IMG/VR virus record: IMGVR_UViG_3300017971_000261
Coordinates: 16,268 to 80,267 of that record
DNA: 64,000 nt
Source of the DNA: a virus
Reading direction: 5' to 3' (one strand)
Numbering within the stretch: position 1 is the stretch's first letter; every line of letters starts with the position of its first letter. Both the position numbers and the translations under genes were made by a program. Under the pieces are notes generated by a model that did no database searches, was not told the origin of the DNA, and worked only from the letters and a program-made list of their open reading frames with translations. This document shows, in pieces, positions 53,624-63,779 of the stretch.

Positions 53624-55028
53624 CATGGACAGAAACCCGGAAAGAGGCTTCTTCAAGATAGCCAAGCAGTTCATCACTCCGTCTGAAATAGAAGCTCTCA
53701 ATCGCCCGGACTTGAGTGACTCTGTTTTCAAGGATGTAGGTCTTTCTGTTCGTGCCAATGTTGTTGAGGATACAGCAAACGAAATCAAACAACATGAGGA
53801 ACACTTGGCCGAAAGCGATTTCAATCTTGAGGCCGAAGTCCGCGATCATCCCACCAGTCTGTACATCAAATGTTTCGCCATCAAAGCAAACGAAATGAAC
53901 GATAATGGCGACTGGTTTTCTAGGGATGAACTAAAGAAAGCCTATAGAACCTTTATCGGCTGTCCGGTCTTTACAAACCACCAAAATACCGACGTTGACA
54001 ACACTCGCGGCAAAGTTCTCCATTCATGGTATGACGATGACAAAGACGGCATCATGATCATTGCCCGCGTGGATGCAGAAGCCTATCCACAGCTTGCTCG
54101 TGGCATTAAAGAGAAGTATGTCATTGGAACAAGCATGGGTTGCCAGGTTCAGTATTCAGTTTGCTCTATTTGTCATAATTATGCTGAATCACAAGACCAA
54201 TATTGCGAACATATCAAAGAACGCAAGACACGACAAGTTGTCGCTAAGAAACAGAAATGCATGTATCACAAGCATGGCACAGAGGATCGGTGCCCTGTTT
54301 GTGGTTCACACAAGAAAAAGCCCAAGATCTTTGATGTTGAAGACAAGGCTTACGAAAGAAACTATGGGCTCAGGTTCATAGAGAATTCATTTGTTGTAAA
54401 TCCGGCATGTCATGATTGTGGTATCACGGACATCATTGATACCCAGATCTTCTTGAAGAAGGTTGCGGAGATCAGTAGCCGTCTTCCTGGTCTGTTAAAG
54501 GTGGCATCGCAAACGGACATCATGTGCGATGATCGATCATGTGTAAAACTAGCCGGTCAGAAAGAATTAGATGATCTTGGTCAGGCCCTTGAGCTTATCA
54601 CCGGCGTTTCCAAGACAATGCTAGACCAGAAGAATCAAATCGACTTGGAGTTCTTGAGCGATCTCGTGAAAGTTCTCGCAGACCTACAACAGGTTACTGA
54701 CGAACTAACCCAGCAAGGTTTCGGTAGACTGGAATCCCCAGGAGCCGGTGCCGTAGAAGAAGGCACCCCTCAACCAGCCGAAGGAACGTTACCCACTGAA
54801 CAGCCAGCACTTGAGCCGGTTGCACCTACTCCTGGTGGCGGCTCAAAAGTGATGAGCGGACCTGCTGGAAACGTCGGAACAGTGACCATGCCGAATGCAT
54901 CTGCAAGGTTCGATCTGTCGAAGGTGGCCAACATTTTCAAAGGTGCTGAAGCGAAACGCCGTATCAGCATCGCACATAGGTTGGCCAAACGATCCACGAT
55001 CGATCATAAGTTCAGATTTAGCAAATAG
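53616..55028 (+). CDS. Prohead maturation protease
   Basis: NDNGDWF..EL....TFIG.PVF.NH, GTSMGC, CSICHN..CEH, FIENSFVVNPA; upstream of scaffold/MCP. Confidence 0.85.
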   Translation: MPDMDRNPERGFFKIAKQFITPSEIEALNRPDLSDSVFKDVGLSVRANVVEDTANEIKQHEEHLAESDFNLEAEVRDHPTSLYIKCFAIKANEMNDNGDWFSRDELKKAYRTFIGCPVFTNHQNTDVDNTRGKVLHSWYDDDKDGIMIIARVDAEAYPQLARGIKEKYVIGTSMGCQVQYSVCSICHNYAESQDQYCEHIKERKTRQVVAKKQKCMYHKHGTEDRCPVCGSHKKKPKIFDVEDKAYERNYGLRFIENSFVVNPACHDCGITDIIDTQIFLKKVAEISSRLPGLLKVASQTDIMCDDRSCVKLAGQKELDDLGQALELITGVSKTMLDQKNQIDLEFLSDLVKVLADLQQVTDELTQQGFGRLESPGAGAVEEGTPQPAEGTLPTEQPALEPVAPTPGGGSKVMSGPAGNVGTVTMPNASARFDLSKVANIFKGAEAKRRISIAHRLAKRSTIDHKFRFSK

Positions 55029-55158
55029 GTGAAGCCGATTTTTTTGGTGAAATACGGAGGGGGAGGAAACCTCCTCTACGAATGGTCAAGTTAACGACTT
55101 GTACCAGGACCGCCTAATTTCAGGCTTCTTGTGTACTTAGACAGATAGGGAGAGTAAA

Positions 55159-58100
55159 ATGGACCCTAAGTCTCGCGATGGATTGATCGAAAAACTGTCG
55201 ACTACAGCACGCCGTGCTTCTACGAAAGTATCCACTGAAGTGAAGGCTTCACGTGGAGACTATCAGGTCGTAATTGGTACGGACAGCATTGATCATTTCT
55301 ACCGAGGAACACCAGTAGGGAGTATTAAGGTCGCAGAGCTGGATAATGAGGTAATCGAGGCTTGCAATGAAGATCCCAGTGACTTCGCAGGGGAGTATCT
55401 GGGACATTTTATTTCTAGCTTTGATGCCGACGCCTGGACGCGTGAGGCAGCTCATGCTACGCAGAGCGAAGAAACGCTCAAGGTTGTAACAGAGAAACAG
55501 CTCGCCAACCAGAAGATTGATTACCACCCGCGACCTGGCGCAGCCTATGACAACATCACCGAAAAGCAGCTTCCTGAAAATGATGAACGTCATGGCACCT
55601 ACGATCAGATCACCGAAGGCCAGCTTCGAGACGAGGACACAACCTTCAAGGATGAGCCAATGGCTCATGACCGACAGGATGAGTCCCGAAACACAGTCAC
55701 GGAGCGTCAACTCGAAAATGCTTCAGAATACAGTGAGCATCAGCAGACCGAACGCGGTCAAACTGGTTCACAGTTTGACGGTGGCATGGATGCCCAACAG
55801 CGTATGATCGGCGAAAAGCAGCTCATCGAACTTCTAAAGCACCACGAGTGGACTGAGCCCAAGACAATCACCGAAGGTGATGATCAGCTTGGTCAGCAGG
55901 ACGGAGAATTGAGTCGCCTTGATCCTGAATGGGTTGAGGAAATCATCCAGAAGGCAACAACCGCCCTCGGAAGAACCGTTCTTGCCAGTGGTACTGTCCC
56001 ATCTGATTTGGCCCTTATGGTCAGACGCCTTGTCTCCCACGAAAGCAAGTATCCCGTTCTTGCAGACACCATCAAGAAGTATGCCGGATCGAAGGTCAAC
56101 GATGTTGATTCGAAGATCAAGTGGATGCGTCACTGGAAGTCTGCAAGCGGAGTAAGCCCGATGTCGGTCAACGACACAGCGAGCGTACTCATGAGGGAAC
56201 TGTCTCAGATAGAAGCGGACCCAAGACATCTTGTTTACAGTCTAGTTGGTCTGGCATCTCAGGGCGATTTGCTTTCTGAGCGAATCGATAAGGCCTCACA
56301 AGATGTCCTTGCGGGCATCGAGCCAGAGATTGAGAAGACCCCGACTGCTGTTGATGTATTCAAGTCTGTCGCTGCTGGTGAGCACAAAAAGCCCATCGTC
56401 GAAGGCAGCGCAGAAGACGATGGCATGTACGAGTACGTTGGGCATGTCTCTGAGGTCGATGCGGACATCAATGACAAGGAAGCATTCAGTGATGCGGCTA
56501 TCAAAGTCGCTTCCGCTGAGATTCATAAGAACGTCGGCGAGAAAATTGATCTTGTCAAGGTTTGCGTGAGCGTAGACGGCGACAAGAGCGAATTTCGTGC
56601 CGTCATGAAGGATGCCAAGAAGGCTAAGGATGAAGACGAAGACGACGAAGAGCTTAAGGCCAGGGCTGAAAAACGCCAAACGATGGCCAAAGAGGCATCC
56701 GTCAAGGAAGCACAGGTTCCGCCCGGTGGCGACATGACGCCTCCTGGTGCTGGTGGGGCCCCAATGATGAATCCCGAGATGCCGGGTGGAGATCCCGGTG
56801 CAGCAGCACCTCCGGGTGAAGCTCTCGGAACCCCGCCGCCCGCCATGGACGAAGGTGAACCCGGTGAAGGCGAGCCAAAGCCGCCCGGAACCATTTGCCC
56901 GTCTTGTGCCAGCACGGACGTCGATGTGGACAACGGCGAGTTCAGATGTAATACCTGTGGTGCCGAAGGCAACATGAGTGTTCGTCTTGAGCTTACTAAG
57001 TGGCCTGAGACGCTGCACGAGACTGAAACAGAGGAAGAGGAAGGCCTACCGGCCGAAGAGGGCCTGGAACCAGGCGCACCAATGCCTGCTCCTGAGGAAG
57101 AGGCAGGTACCACCATGCCAAGCGTACCAGTTGGTGCCTCAATCCATCTGACACCTCTTTATCTTGAGAAGGTTGCGGAAGGCTTCGCGGTCGACAAGAA
57201 GGGTAACAAACACGAAATCAAGATGGGATCGCGATGTCCGCGTTGCGGCAGCCACGACACCTATCTGCACAAAGCAGCTAAAAGAGCAGGTTATGACGGC
57301 GTTTGCTGGTCCTGCTTCAATGAATACAACTTTAAGGTCAAGGCCAGCAAGGACAAGAAGAATGAGGTCTATGCTGAGTGGATCTGGCTACCGAAGGAAG
57401 CAGAAGATTGCGAAGACTGTAACAAGCTCAAGACAGCCTTCAAGAAGTCTTTGGCTAACTACGGCGTCAAGTGGGACGACTTCGTTGCTCTCAACGATAC
57501 CAGAAAGCAGGCTGACACGATCCTCAAGATGGCAAAATCAGGTTCGCTTGAGATCTCCGATGCGATGGCACAACCACTTGACCTAATCAAGGTTGCAGCA
57601 AGCCCACGCTGGACAGGTTATGAGAACGTCGACAAGTTCCCATCAGCAAGTTGCCGTGAGATGCTATCACGCAGATTCGGTGAGAACGCTACCGCGATGG
57701 CCGGACCTTGCCAGGGTGAAAAGTTGGCAGACTGTGTCTGTGGACAACTGGAAACCCTTGGAATTTACACTGACGGATTGGCTGCGAAGGTCGCAGCTTC
57801 TCTGGCAGACAAAGATCCCGAAGAGCACAGTCCGACCGAATCCTGCGTCGAGATGCTTGTTCGTGCAAACTACTCGATCGACGATGCCTGCATTGCGTGT
57901 GACGGTCTAAGAGCGGCCATTGCAGGCTATGAGGATCTCGTGATTGAGAATATCGGACGCGTCAAGCCAGAAAAAACTGCTCAGCTTGCTCTGGAAGCCC
58001 CGGAGACGGATGTTCTGAGCGATGAGGTTCCTTCTGAGGGACCCGAACTTGACGATGCCCCAATAGAGGATGAGGTTCCCGTCACTGACGAGGTTCCTGA

Positions 58101-60024
58101 GGGAGGCATGGGCGACATGGTAGAAGTTGAATTCGCACCGGGCCCGTCTGAACTCGAACCGGAACTCGGTGAGGGCGGCATCAGCGTCAAGCTCGATAGC
58201 CTCTTCGACCAGATTTCAGAGTTGGTTGATGTCCTTAAGCGTGCAATCAATGCAGATCTTGGAGAAGGTGAATTCGAGGATCTTGGTGCAGAACCAGATC
58301 TTGGTGTCGAAGAGATTACAGATGATACGGTGGGCGACGAAGGCGAATCCGAGATTATCGAGATCGATGAGGGCGGAGAGGAATCAGAATCCTTGCCTCC
58401 TGAGGCCGAAGAGGAAGAGTCTGGCCCGCCAGACTTGGAAGACGAAGTAGAGGAAGACAAAGAATGCGGCATGGCTCCGGCGGAGTCCAAAGAATGCGAG
58501 GATAAGCCAATGGAGAGCGATAATAGCGATAGCAAGGAATGTTCTGACTCCAAACCTATGGAAGAGAGCAAGTCCGATGAAAAAGACAAAACCTGTCCAA
58601 CATGCGGCCAGACAGTATGTGCATGCACTACTCCGGCCAGTGCGGAGCAACAAGAGAAGATTGCTGCCCAACTTGATCAGGAACTGATGAGGATGAAGCA
58701 GGGCACAATCACAACTGAAAATGCTGGTACGAGTCGTCTTTTCGACGCCCTGATGAAGAGTGCAAAGGTTGAGGGTGATGGCGAGAAAGAGTTCAAGTAC
58801 ATCCCCCTCAAAGAGAAAAAGCCGCCTGTCAAGCCAGCACAAGACGCAGAAGATGTTGGTAAGGTTAAGGATGGCAAGACCATTGGCGATGAAGATAAGT
58901 TCACTGATGGCGTAGAGGACGGCTTTGATGCCCCTCGTGCCCAGGCCACGATTGGCCGTGAGGATGCGTCCAATACCGTGAGCGAAGAGCCTCCTAGCGT
59001 TCCACAGGGTTCTTCTAAGCTGGATGGAGAGAAGGACTACGATGCCGGTGCTGCAGTTCTTGACGGTAATCAAGGCGGTGGCGTTCAAGTGACTGCCGAG
59101 GAGAAAGAAGAAGTCAAGACTGCCGAGACGGAAGAGGAAGAGACCAAAACTGTCGAGGCCAAGACATATACCGTCGGCCCGGACCACAGCTTGTATCCAC
59201 GCCTAATTGAGAAGACCGCTTCCGGTCAGGATTCGGTCAACCTCAAAGATGGCTACACATACAACATCGACGTTGCAGAGAATAAGACTGTAACTCTGAC
59301 ACGTACAGCAAAGGCAGAAAAAACAGAAAGTCTTGAGAAGGAAGCCGATATGGCTACAGTGAAAAGAACTAAGGAAGTAGAAGACCTTCCCAATATCGAT
59401 AACACGAGCGGAAACGAGACGCACCCACGAGCAGTGACAGAAGAAAAGCCGAGGGCAGGTCTAGCAGACCCGGAAGTACCCACCGCACCTGACGACGGAC
59501 GTCTTTCGAAAGAAGAGACGTCGGAGACCCCAAAGGATCTCCCTGATGTGCCAGTAGGTGGCGGGATGCATCCGGATTACGATAAGAACAAGAAGAACAC
59601 TCCCGAGTTGCAAGAAGACATCACGGGAGTCGACAAGGCAACAACCCTTGCATCCACTAAAGATCGAAAAAAGGCAGCCCAGGTTGCTGGCCTCATGCTG
59701 AAAGCCGGTCGAATCGAAACAGAAGACCTAGAGACCAAGATCGAAGAACTGGCCAAACTGGAACCGGGCACACTAGCCGCTATTGAGGACTCGCTGAAAG
59801 AGGCATCCAATGCCGACAATAAAGGATTGCAGAAAGAAGCAAGTGGTGTCGCAGAGACTGGCCTCCCGGTAGTGCAGGCGAGTGCCAAGTCCGAAAGTGG
59901 CAGTGGTTCGGCGGAGAACCTTATAGAAGCCACACAAAGCTTGTTCACGCTTTCCGAAAGGAATAGTGAACACGAGGCAATGCAGAAAGATCTTGATGAC
60001 TTTGGGATCTTTCGTCACAAGTAA
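55159..60024 (+). CDS. Very large scaffold/prohead core protein
   Basis: 1621 aa, highly acidic, located between protease and capsid genes; TEKQL repeats, CxxC ribbons, many KxA motifs. Confidence 0.7.
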   Translation: MDPKSRDGLIEKLSTTARRASTKVSTEVKASRGDYQVVIGTDSIDHFYRGTPVGSIKVAELDNEVIEACNEDPSDFAGEYLGHFISSFDADAWTREAAHATQSEETLKVVTEKQLANQKIDYHPRPGAAYDNITEKQLPENDERHGTYDQITEGQLRDEDTTFKDEPMAHDRQDESRNTVTERQLENASEYSEHQQTERGQTGSQFDGGMDAQQRMIGEKQLIELLKHHEWTEPKTITEGDDQLGQQDGELSRLDPEWVEEIIQKATTALGRTVLASGTVPSDLALMVRRLVSHESKYPVLADTIKKYAGSKVNDVDSKIKWMRHWKSASGVSPMSVNDTASVLMRELSQIEADPRHLVYSLVGLASQGDLLSERIDKASQDVLAGIEPEIEKTPTAVDVFKSVAAGEHKKPIVEGSAEDDGMYEYVGHVSEVDADINDKEAFSDAAIKVASAEIHKNVGEKIDLVKVCVSVDGDKSEFRAVMKDAKKAKDEDEDDEELKARAEKRQTMAKEASVKEAQVPPGGDMTPPGAGGAPMMNPEMPGGDPGAAAPPGEALGTPPPAMDEGEPGEGEPKPPGTICPSCASTDVDVDNGEFRCNTCGAEGNMSVRLELTKWPETLHETETEEEEGLPAEEGLEPGAPMPAPEEEAGTTMPSVPVGASIHLTPLYLEKVAEGFAVDKKGNKHEIKMGSRCPRCGSHDTYLHKAAKRAGYDGVCWSCFNEYNFKVKASKDKKNEVYAEWIWLPKEAEDCEDCNKLKTAFKKSLANYGVKWDDFVALNDTRKQADTILKMAKSGSLEISDAMAQPLDLIKVAASPRWTGYENVDKFPSASCREMLSRRFGENATAMAGPCQGEKLADCVCGQLETLGIYTDGLAAKVAASLADKDPEEHSPTESCVEMLVRANYSIDDACIACDGLRAAIAGYEDLVIENIGRVKPEKTAQLALEAPETDVLSDEVPSEGPELDDAPIEDEVPVTDEVPEGGMGDMVEVEFAPGPSELEPELGEGGISVKLDSLFDQISELVDVLKRAINADLGEGEFEDLGAEPDLGVEEITDDTVGDEGESEIIEIDEGGEESESLPPEAEEEESGPPDLEDEVEEDKECGMAPAESKECEDKPMESDNSDSKECSDSKPMEESKSDEKDKTCPTCGQTVCACTTPASAEQQEKIAAQLDQELMRMKQGTITTENAGTSRLFDALMKSAKVEGDGEKEFKYIPLKEKKPPVKPAQDAEDVGKVKDGKTIGDEDKFTDGVEDGFDAPRAQATIGREDASNTVSEEPPSVPQGSSKLDGEKDYDAGAAVLDGNQGGGVQVTAEEKEEVKTAETEEEETKTVEAKTYTVGPDHSLYPRLIEKTASGQDSVNLKDGYTYNIDVAENKTVTLTRTAKAEKTESLEKEADMATVKRTKEVEDLPNIDNTSGNETHPRAVTEEKPRAGLADPEVPTAPDDGRLSKEETSETPKDLPDVPVGGGMHPDYDKNKKNTPELQEDITGVDKATTLASTKDRKKAAQVAGLMLKAGRIETEDLETKIEELAKLEPGTLAAIEDSLKEASNADNKGLQKEASGVAETGLPVVQASAKSESGSGSAENLIEATQSLFTLSERNSEHEAMQKDLDDFGIFRHK

Positions 60025-60040
60025 TAGGAGTTAGTCACAG

Positions 60041-60727
60041 ATGGCTCTTATCGAAGTCTTTCACGTAGTCGCCGGTCAGTATCAGCTGAACCCGGATGAT
60101 ACTCCAGATACAGCCTTTGACATTCCTCAGGGAAGCGTCATTGGTCTGGATGCCAATGGGTTCTGCGTTTTGGCCAACGACAACAACACGATTACCCCGC
60201 TAGCTGTCGCTGGTGACTCCAGGTCTTGGGGCACTACGTCCTACACGCCTGAATCTGGTTCGGCTCTCAGTCGAGATCCGACAACCACGATGACGGGTGC
60301 GTTGGTCACAGGTGGCTGGGGACGCGGACAGCGTTTTACGCAAAACCGCGTGCCTGACAACTATGACGAGACCCTGGCTTCCCAGAAAATGACGGCTTAT
60401 GTCCATGGTGTATTCTGGACTGATCAGTATGAAACCATCGACATCAGCGGAAACGTGTGTGCGTTCACTCCTGGTGATCCGCTCTATGCCTCTCCGCAGC
60501 AAGGTGCTCAGGTTGGTGCTGGTGGCGTCGTAGACGTCGCGAGCAACGGCGGAAAGTTTACCTGCACGGATGATGGCGGAACGAGAAGCCGTGTCGTCGC
60601 TTATGTTCTAACCGACGAGACGGACTATCCGAGTGGTGTTCCCGGAACAACGACTGCAATGTTGGCTTTGCCTGAAGGCGGAAACAGCCTGTCCTGGGGT
60701 ACGTTCATCCAGGTTCAGCTCGTCTAA
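60041..60727 (+). CDS. Probable capsid decoration/cement protein
   Basis: Directly upstream of MCP; Gly/Thr-rich beta pattern (KMTAY..G.F.TDQY, PGD.LY). Confidence 0.65.
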   Translation: MALIEVFHVVAGQYQLNPDDTPDTAFDIPQGSVIGLDANGFCVLANDNNTITPLAVAGDSRSWGTTSYTPESGSALSRDPTTTMTGALVTGGWGRGQRFTQNRVPDNYDETLASQKMTAYVHGVFWTDQYETIDISGNVCAFTPGDPLYASPQQGAQVGAGGVVDVASNGGKFTCTDDGGTRSRVVAYVLTDETDYPSGVPGTTTAMLALPEGGNSLSWGTFIQVQLV

Positions 60728-60804
60728 GGCGATTTCAATAAGGCAGTGAAACAAAGGAGCTGATATTCCAGGCCACCTGGGATTTAGCAAGGAGCAAACA
60801 AACA

Positions 60805-61680
60805 ATGGCAATCGAAAAGTCGCAACTGACTGAGGCCGAGAAGCAGGTCGTCATTGCTCAGGCTTTGGATACGGATGAGGGTCGTGTAGCCTTGGCTCAG
60901 GCCATGGTTGAGCCCATCCGAAGAAGCCTTGAGTATCAGGCCGTGGGCAGGAAACTTCTGCTCATCGACCAGCTACCGCAAGGCGCTCTACCAAGGTACG
61001 AGCGAGACGTCGCTGCAATCGCCCATGTCCTTCCTCGTCGTGGTGCTGTACCTGATCAGATTCAGGAAGGTGAGGAAATCCTGGTGCCCACATTTGAGAT
61101 CGCGGCCAACCCGCAGATCAGAATGTCTGAGATCCGTGCAAGGCGATTCTACATCGTCGACCGTGCACAGATCAAAGCCAAAGAGGCTATTCAAAAGGAA
61201 GAGGATGCATGTATCTTCCGTAGCCTCATTGCGGCGGTCACCAACAACGGAACCCAGATCGTTCAGAACGGTCCAGCGGCCCTGGCCCCTGGTTCACTGA
61301 ACGAAGCCTTCAGAATGATCGAGCAGCATGACCTGGTCGCGTCCAAGGTTATTGTCCACGCGAATATCTACGCCAATATTCGTTTCTTCGGACAGAACTT
61401 CTACGACCCGGCCACCACGCGTGAGATCATCACTTCCGGACTATTCGGACATATCTGGACCGCTGACATCCATGTCTCGTCCAAGATGGACCCGGATACG
61501 GTTCTGGTGGTTTCGAGCCCTGATACAGTCGGAGTTTTCCCGATTAGGCAGGATATTACTGTTCTTCCTGCAGATGACCCGAAAAAGCTAAGACTCGGTT
61601 GGGTGATATACGAAGAGGTCGGAATTGTCATCATCAACGACTATGCTGCAAGCATGGTCGAGATGACTACAACCTCCTAG
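60805..61680 (+). CDS. Major capsid protein (HK97 fold)
   Basis: Strong RBS; ALAQAMVEPIRR.L.YQ..GRK, VPTFEIAANP, C-terminal GWVIYEEVG...N; followed by a terminator. Confidence 0.9.
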   Translation: MAIEKSQLTEAEKQVVIAQALDTDEGRVALAQAMVEPIRRSLEYQAVGRKLLLIDQLPQGALPRYERDVAAIAHVLPRRGAVPDQIQEGEEILVPTFEIAANPQIRMSEIRARRFYIVDRAQIKAKEAIQKEEDACIFRSLIAAVTNNGTQIVQNGPAALAPGSLNEAFRMIEQHDLVASKVIVHANIYANIRFFGQNFYDPATTREIITSGLFGHIWTADIHVSSKMDPDTVLVVSSPDTVGVFPIRQDITVLPADDPKKLRLGWVIYEEVGIVIINDYAASMVEMTTTS

Positions 61681-61708
61681 TATACAAGAAGTTAAGGTAA
61701 AACCTTCG

Positions 61709-61742
61709 AAGAGAGGGCTTCTCTGAACCCTCTCTTTTTTTT
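61709..61742 (+). terminator. Intrinsic terminator after MCP
   Basis: AAGAGAGGG/CCCTCTCTT stem followed by a T run. Confidence 0.85.
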
Positions 61743-61849
61743 GTTGTTGTCACAGTATTGTTGCGACAGTTTTGTATATACAAAAGGAGGCCGTCCTTTA
61801 CGTTTTCTTGTATAATCTAGCATTGGCTTCAGTTTGGAGAACGGATAAG

Positions 61850-63748
61850 ATGGTCACAAGACACAATGACGAAGTCCACTTAGACACAAGCAATACGATT
61901 AGCAGTGAAAGCACAAATGTATATACAACAGAAGATGCCGATTTTGCATATCTGCTCGGTGTTTATTTTGGCGACGGCCATATCTATTATGTTCCAGGAA
62001 GCTACCAGTTAACAATCGTATCTTCTGACCGGCAGCTTTGTGAAATATCATCATCAATTTGTAGTAGAATATGTGGCAATTCTGGAACTATATCTCCTGT
62101 CCGGAACTACTTTAAGCTTGTCGTTTGTTCTCAATCTTTGTGTGACAGCATCCTTGGCCGCATGTCAATCAACAAGGATTACATATCTGCAAACAAATAT
62201 GAGAAAAAGTCTGTGCTGGGTAGTCCTGATAGTCATATTAAGGATTTTTTGATTGGACTGATGGATTCAGATGGATGGATTAGTCGTAGGAGGAACGGAT
62301 CATACTTCAAGTACGAAGTCGGATTCAAGAACACATCACACCTCTCAGAGGAAATATACAAGCTGATGCTTTTACACGGACTGAAATGCAGCAAATTAGA
62401 CCATAGAAACCAAACACGGAATGGCAAAGAATGCAAGAAGTGCTGGTGCTGGACTATTAACCCCAAAAGCTATTCTGACCTGATGTCGTTTAGGCTGACA
62501 CGAAAACAGCAACTTTTGGAGCAATACAAGATCGAACGATCAGAAAAAAGGCTCAAAAAGGGAAACAACATAATACTTAGAGTATCGGACCAAGAAAAAT
62601 CGGCTCTCCGTCTTAAGAGCGAGATTTGCGGTCTAAAACTTTCAAAACTGATACGCAGTGCTGCTTTTGATTATTGGCCTGAGACCAATTTAGATTCTGA
62701 CGCTTTGCTATCAATTTATAGAAATGGAGATTACAAAAGAAAGCGTGATGTTGTTGAGGTGATCTTTCGTTACCTAAGAATTTCCGGCTATCCTCATAGG
62801 AAATTGTCATCGTCTGACCTTTCTGGGGCCATGCTTCGTCTTTCGAGGACCAAGCACCCTTTACTGGACGACAATCATCTGCAGGTCAATACCACGGGGT
62901 TAGAGTTAGCAAACTACTTTCACCCACATATGATGTCTGTAAGGTGCCGAAACGGACGATTGAGCCCACAGGAATGTTTTGATGATGATGACAGTCTTAG
63001 GGATGCAATAAATAGATGGCTGGAACTCGGTAACAAACCGTCCTTTTCTGGCCTTAGAAGAATATTGCGTATAAGAGATGGAGTTAGAAGTGTTGTCAAT
63101 TTCAAGCCTGCTATTGCGAAGTACTTCTATGACACCTATTGCAATAAAGGAGCGCAAGTTCTGGACCCTTGTATGGGGTTTGGAGGACGCCTGTCCGGGC
63201 TTATATCTTCCAACAAATGCCTTCGCTACGTTGGAATAGACCCATGGGGTGATATTGTAGAAGGAAATTCAAAAATGGCGTCTTTCTTTTCGTCTTTGAC
63301 CTCAGACAGCATTGAGGGCAAAGAGCAAGTTTGGCAATTCCAGTTTACTGCTCATCTTGGCGCATGCGAAGATATAATGCCTGATATGGAGGATCAATTC
63401 GACTTCATATTTACTTCGCCCCCTTTCTTTAACGTAGAAAAGTACGATGCTGGTTCTCTGTCTCAATCTCATAAACGCTATCCGCGTTACAGTGATTGGA
63501 AACTGTATTTTCTTACGTCTTTGATTAGTGAATCAGAGAGAATCCTAGCCTCCGACGGACGTTTTGCTCTGAATGTTAAGAACTACAGTTTTGCGCCGAT
63601 TGCAGATGACGCAGTCGAGATTGCGTCAAAGAGCGGGCTGATACTTGAGAAAACGTACCATATGAGACTTGCAAACTCTGAATATGGAAGAAGTGAAGCT
63701 GGCCCAAAGTTTCACACAGAGCCGGTATTCCTTTTTCGATGCAGATGA
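61850..63748 (+). CDS. Fusion: LAGLIDADG endonuclease + ribbon-helix-helix + amino-DNA methyltransferase
   Basis: YLLGVYFGDG and FLIGLMDSDG; IILRVSDQEK....GLKLSKLIRSAA; VLDPCMGFGGRL, YVGIDP, FTSPPFFNVEKY. The track ORF starts at 61772. Confidence 0.8.
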   Translation: MVTRHNDEVHLDTSNTISSESTNVYTTEDADFAYLLGVYFGDGHIYYVPGSYQLTIVSSDRQLCEISSSICSRICGNSGTISPVRNYFKLVVCSQSLCDSILGRMSINKDYISANKYEKKSVLGSPDSHIKDFLIGLMDSDGWISRRRNGSYFKYEVGFKNTSHLSEEIYKLMLLHGLKCSKLDHRNQTRNGKECKKCWCWTINPKSYSDLMSFRLTRKQQLLEQYKIERSEKRLKKGNNIILRVSDQEKSALRLKSEICGLKLSKLIRSAAFDYWPETNLDSDALLSIYRNGDYKRKRDVVEVIFRYLRISGYPHRKLSSSDLSGAMLRLSRTKHPLLDDNHLQVNTTGLELANYFHPHMMSVRCRNGRLSPQECFDDDDSLRDAINRWLELGNKPSFSGLRRILRIRDGVRSVVNFKPAIAKYFYDTYCNKGAQVLDPCMGFGGRLSGLISSNKCLRYVGIDPWGDIVEGNSKMASFFSSLTSDSIEGKEQVWQFQFTAHLGACEDIMPDMEDQFDFIFTSPPFFNVEKYDAGSLSQSHKRYPRYSDWKLYFLTSLISESERILASDGRFALNVKNYSFAPIADDAVEIASKSGLILEKTYHMRLANSEYGRSEAGPKFHTEPVFLFRCR

Positions 63749-63750
63749 AC

Positions 63751-63779
63751 TTGCAAAAGCCACATGATGACCGTATAAT
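63751..63779 (+). promoter_or_regulatory. sigma70-type promoter
   Basis: TTGCAA-N17-TATAAT. Confidence 0.75.

Noticed and set aside
12381-55083. Candidate late promoter AGG-N13-AGAA (near 12383, 26020, weaker near 55064)
   Set aside because: Too few and inconsistent instances to support by eye; needs motif discovery.
55249-59948. Long antisense ORFs opposite the scaffold, portal and other genes
   Set aside because: Explained by codon bias of the acidic sense-strand proteins; no RBS or motifs.
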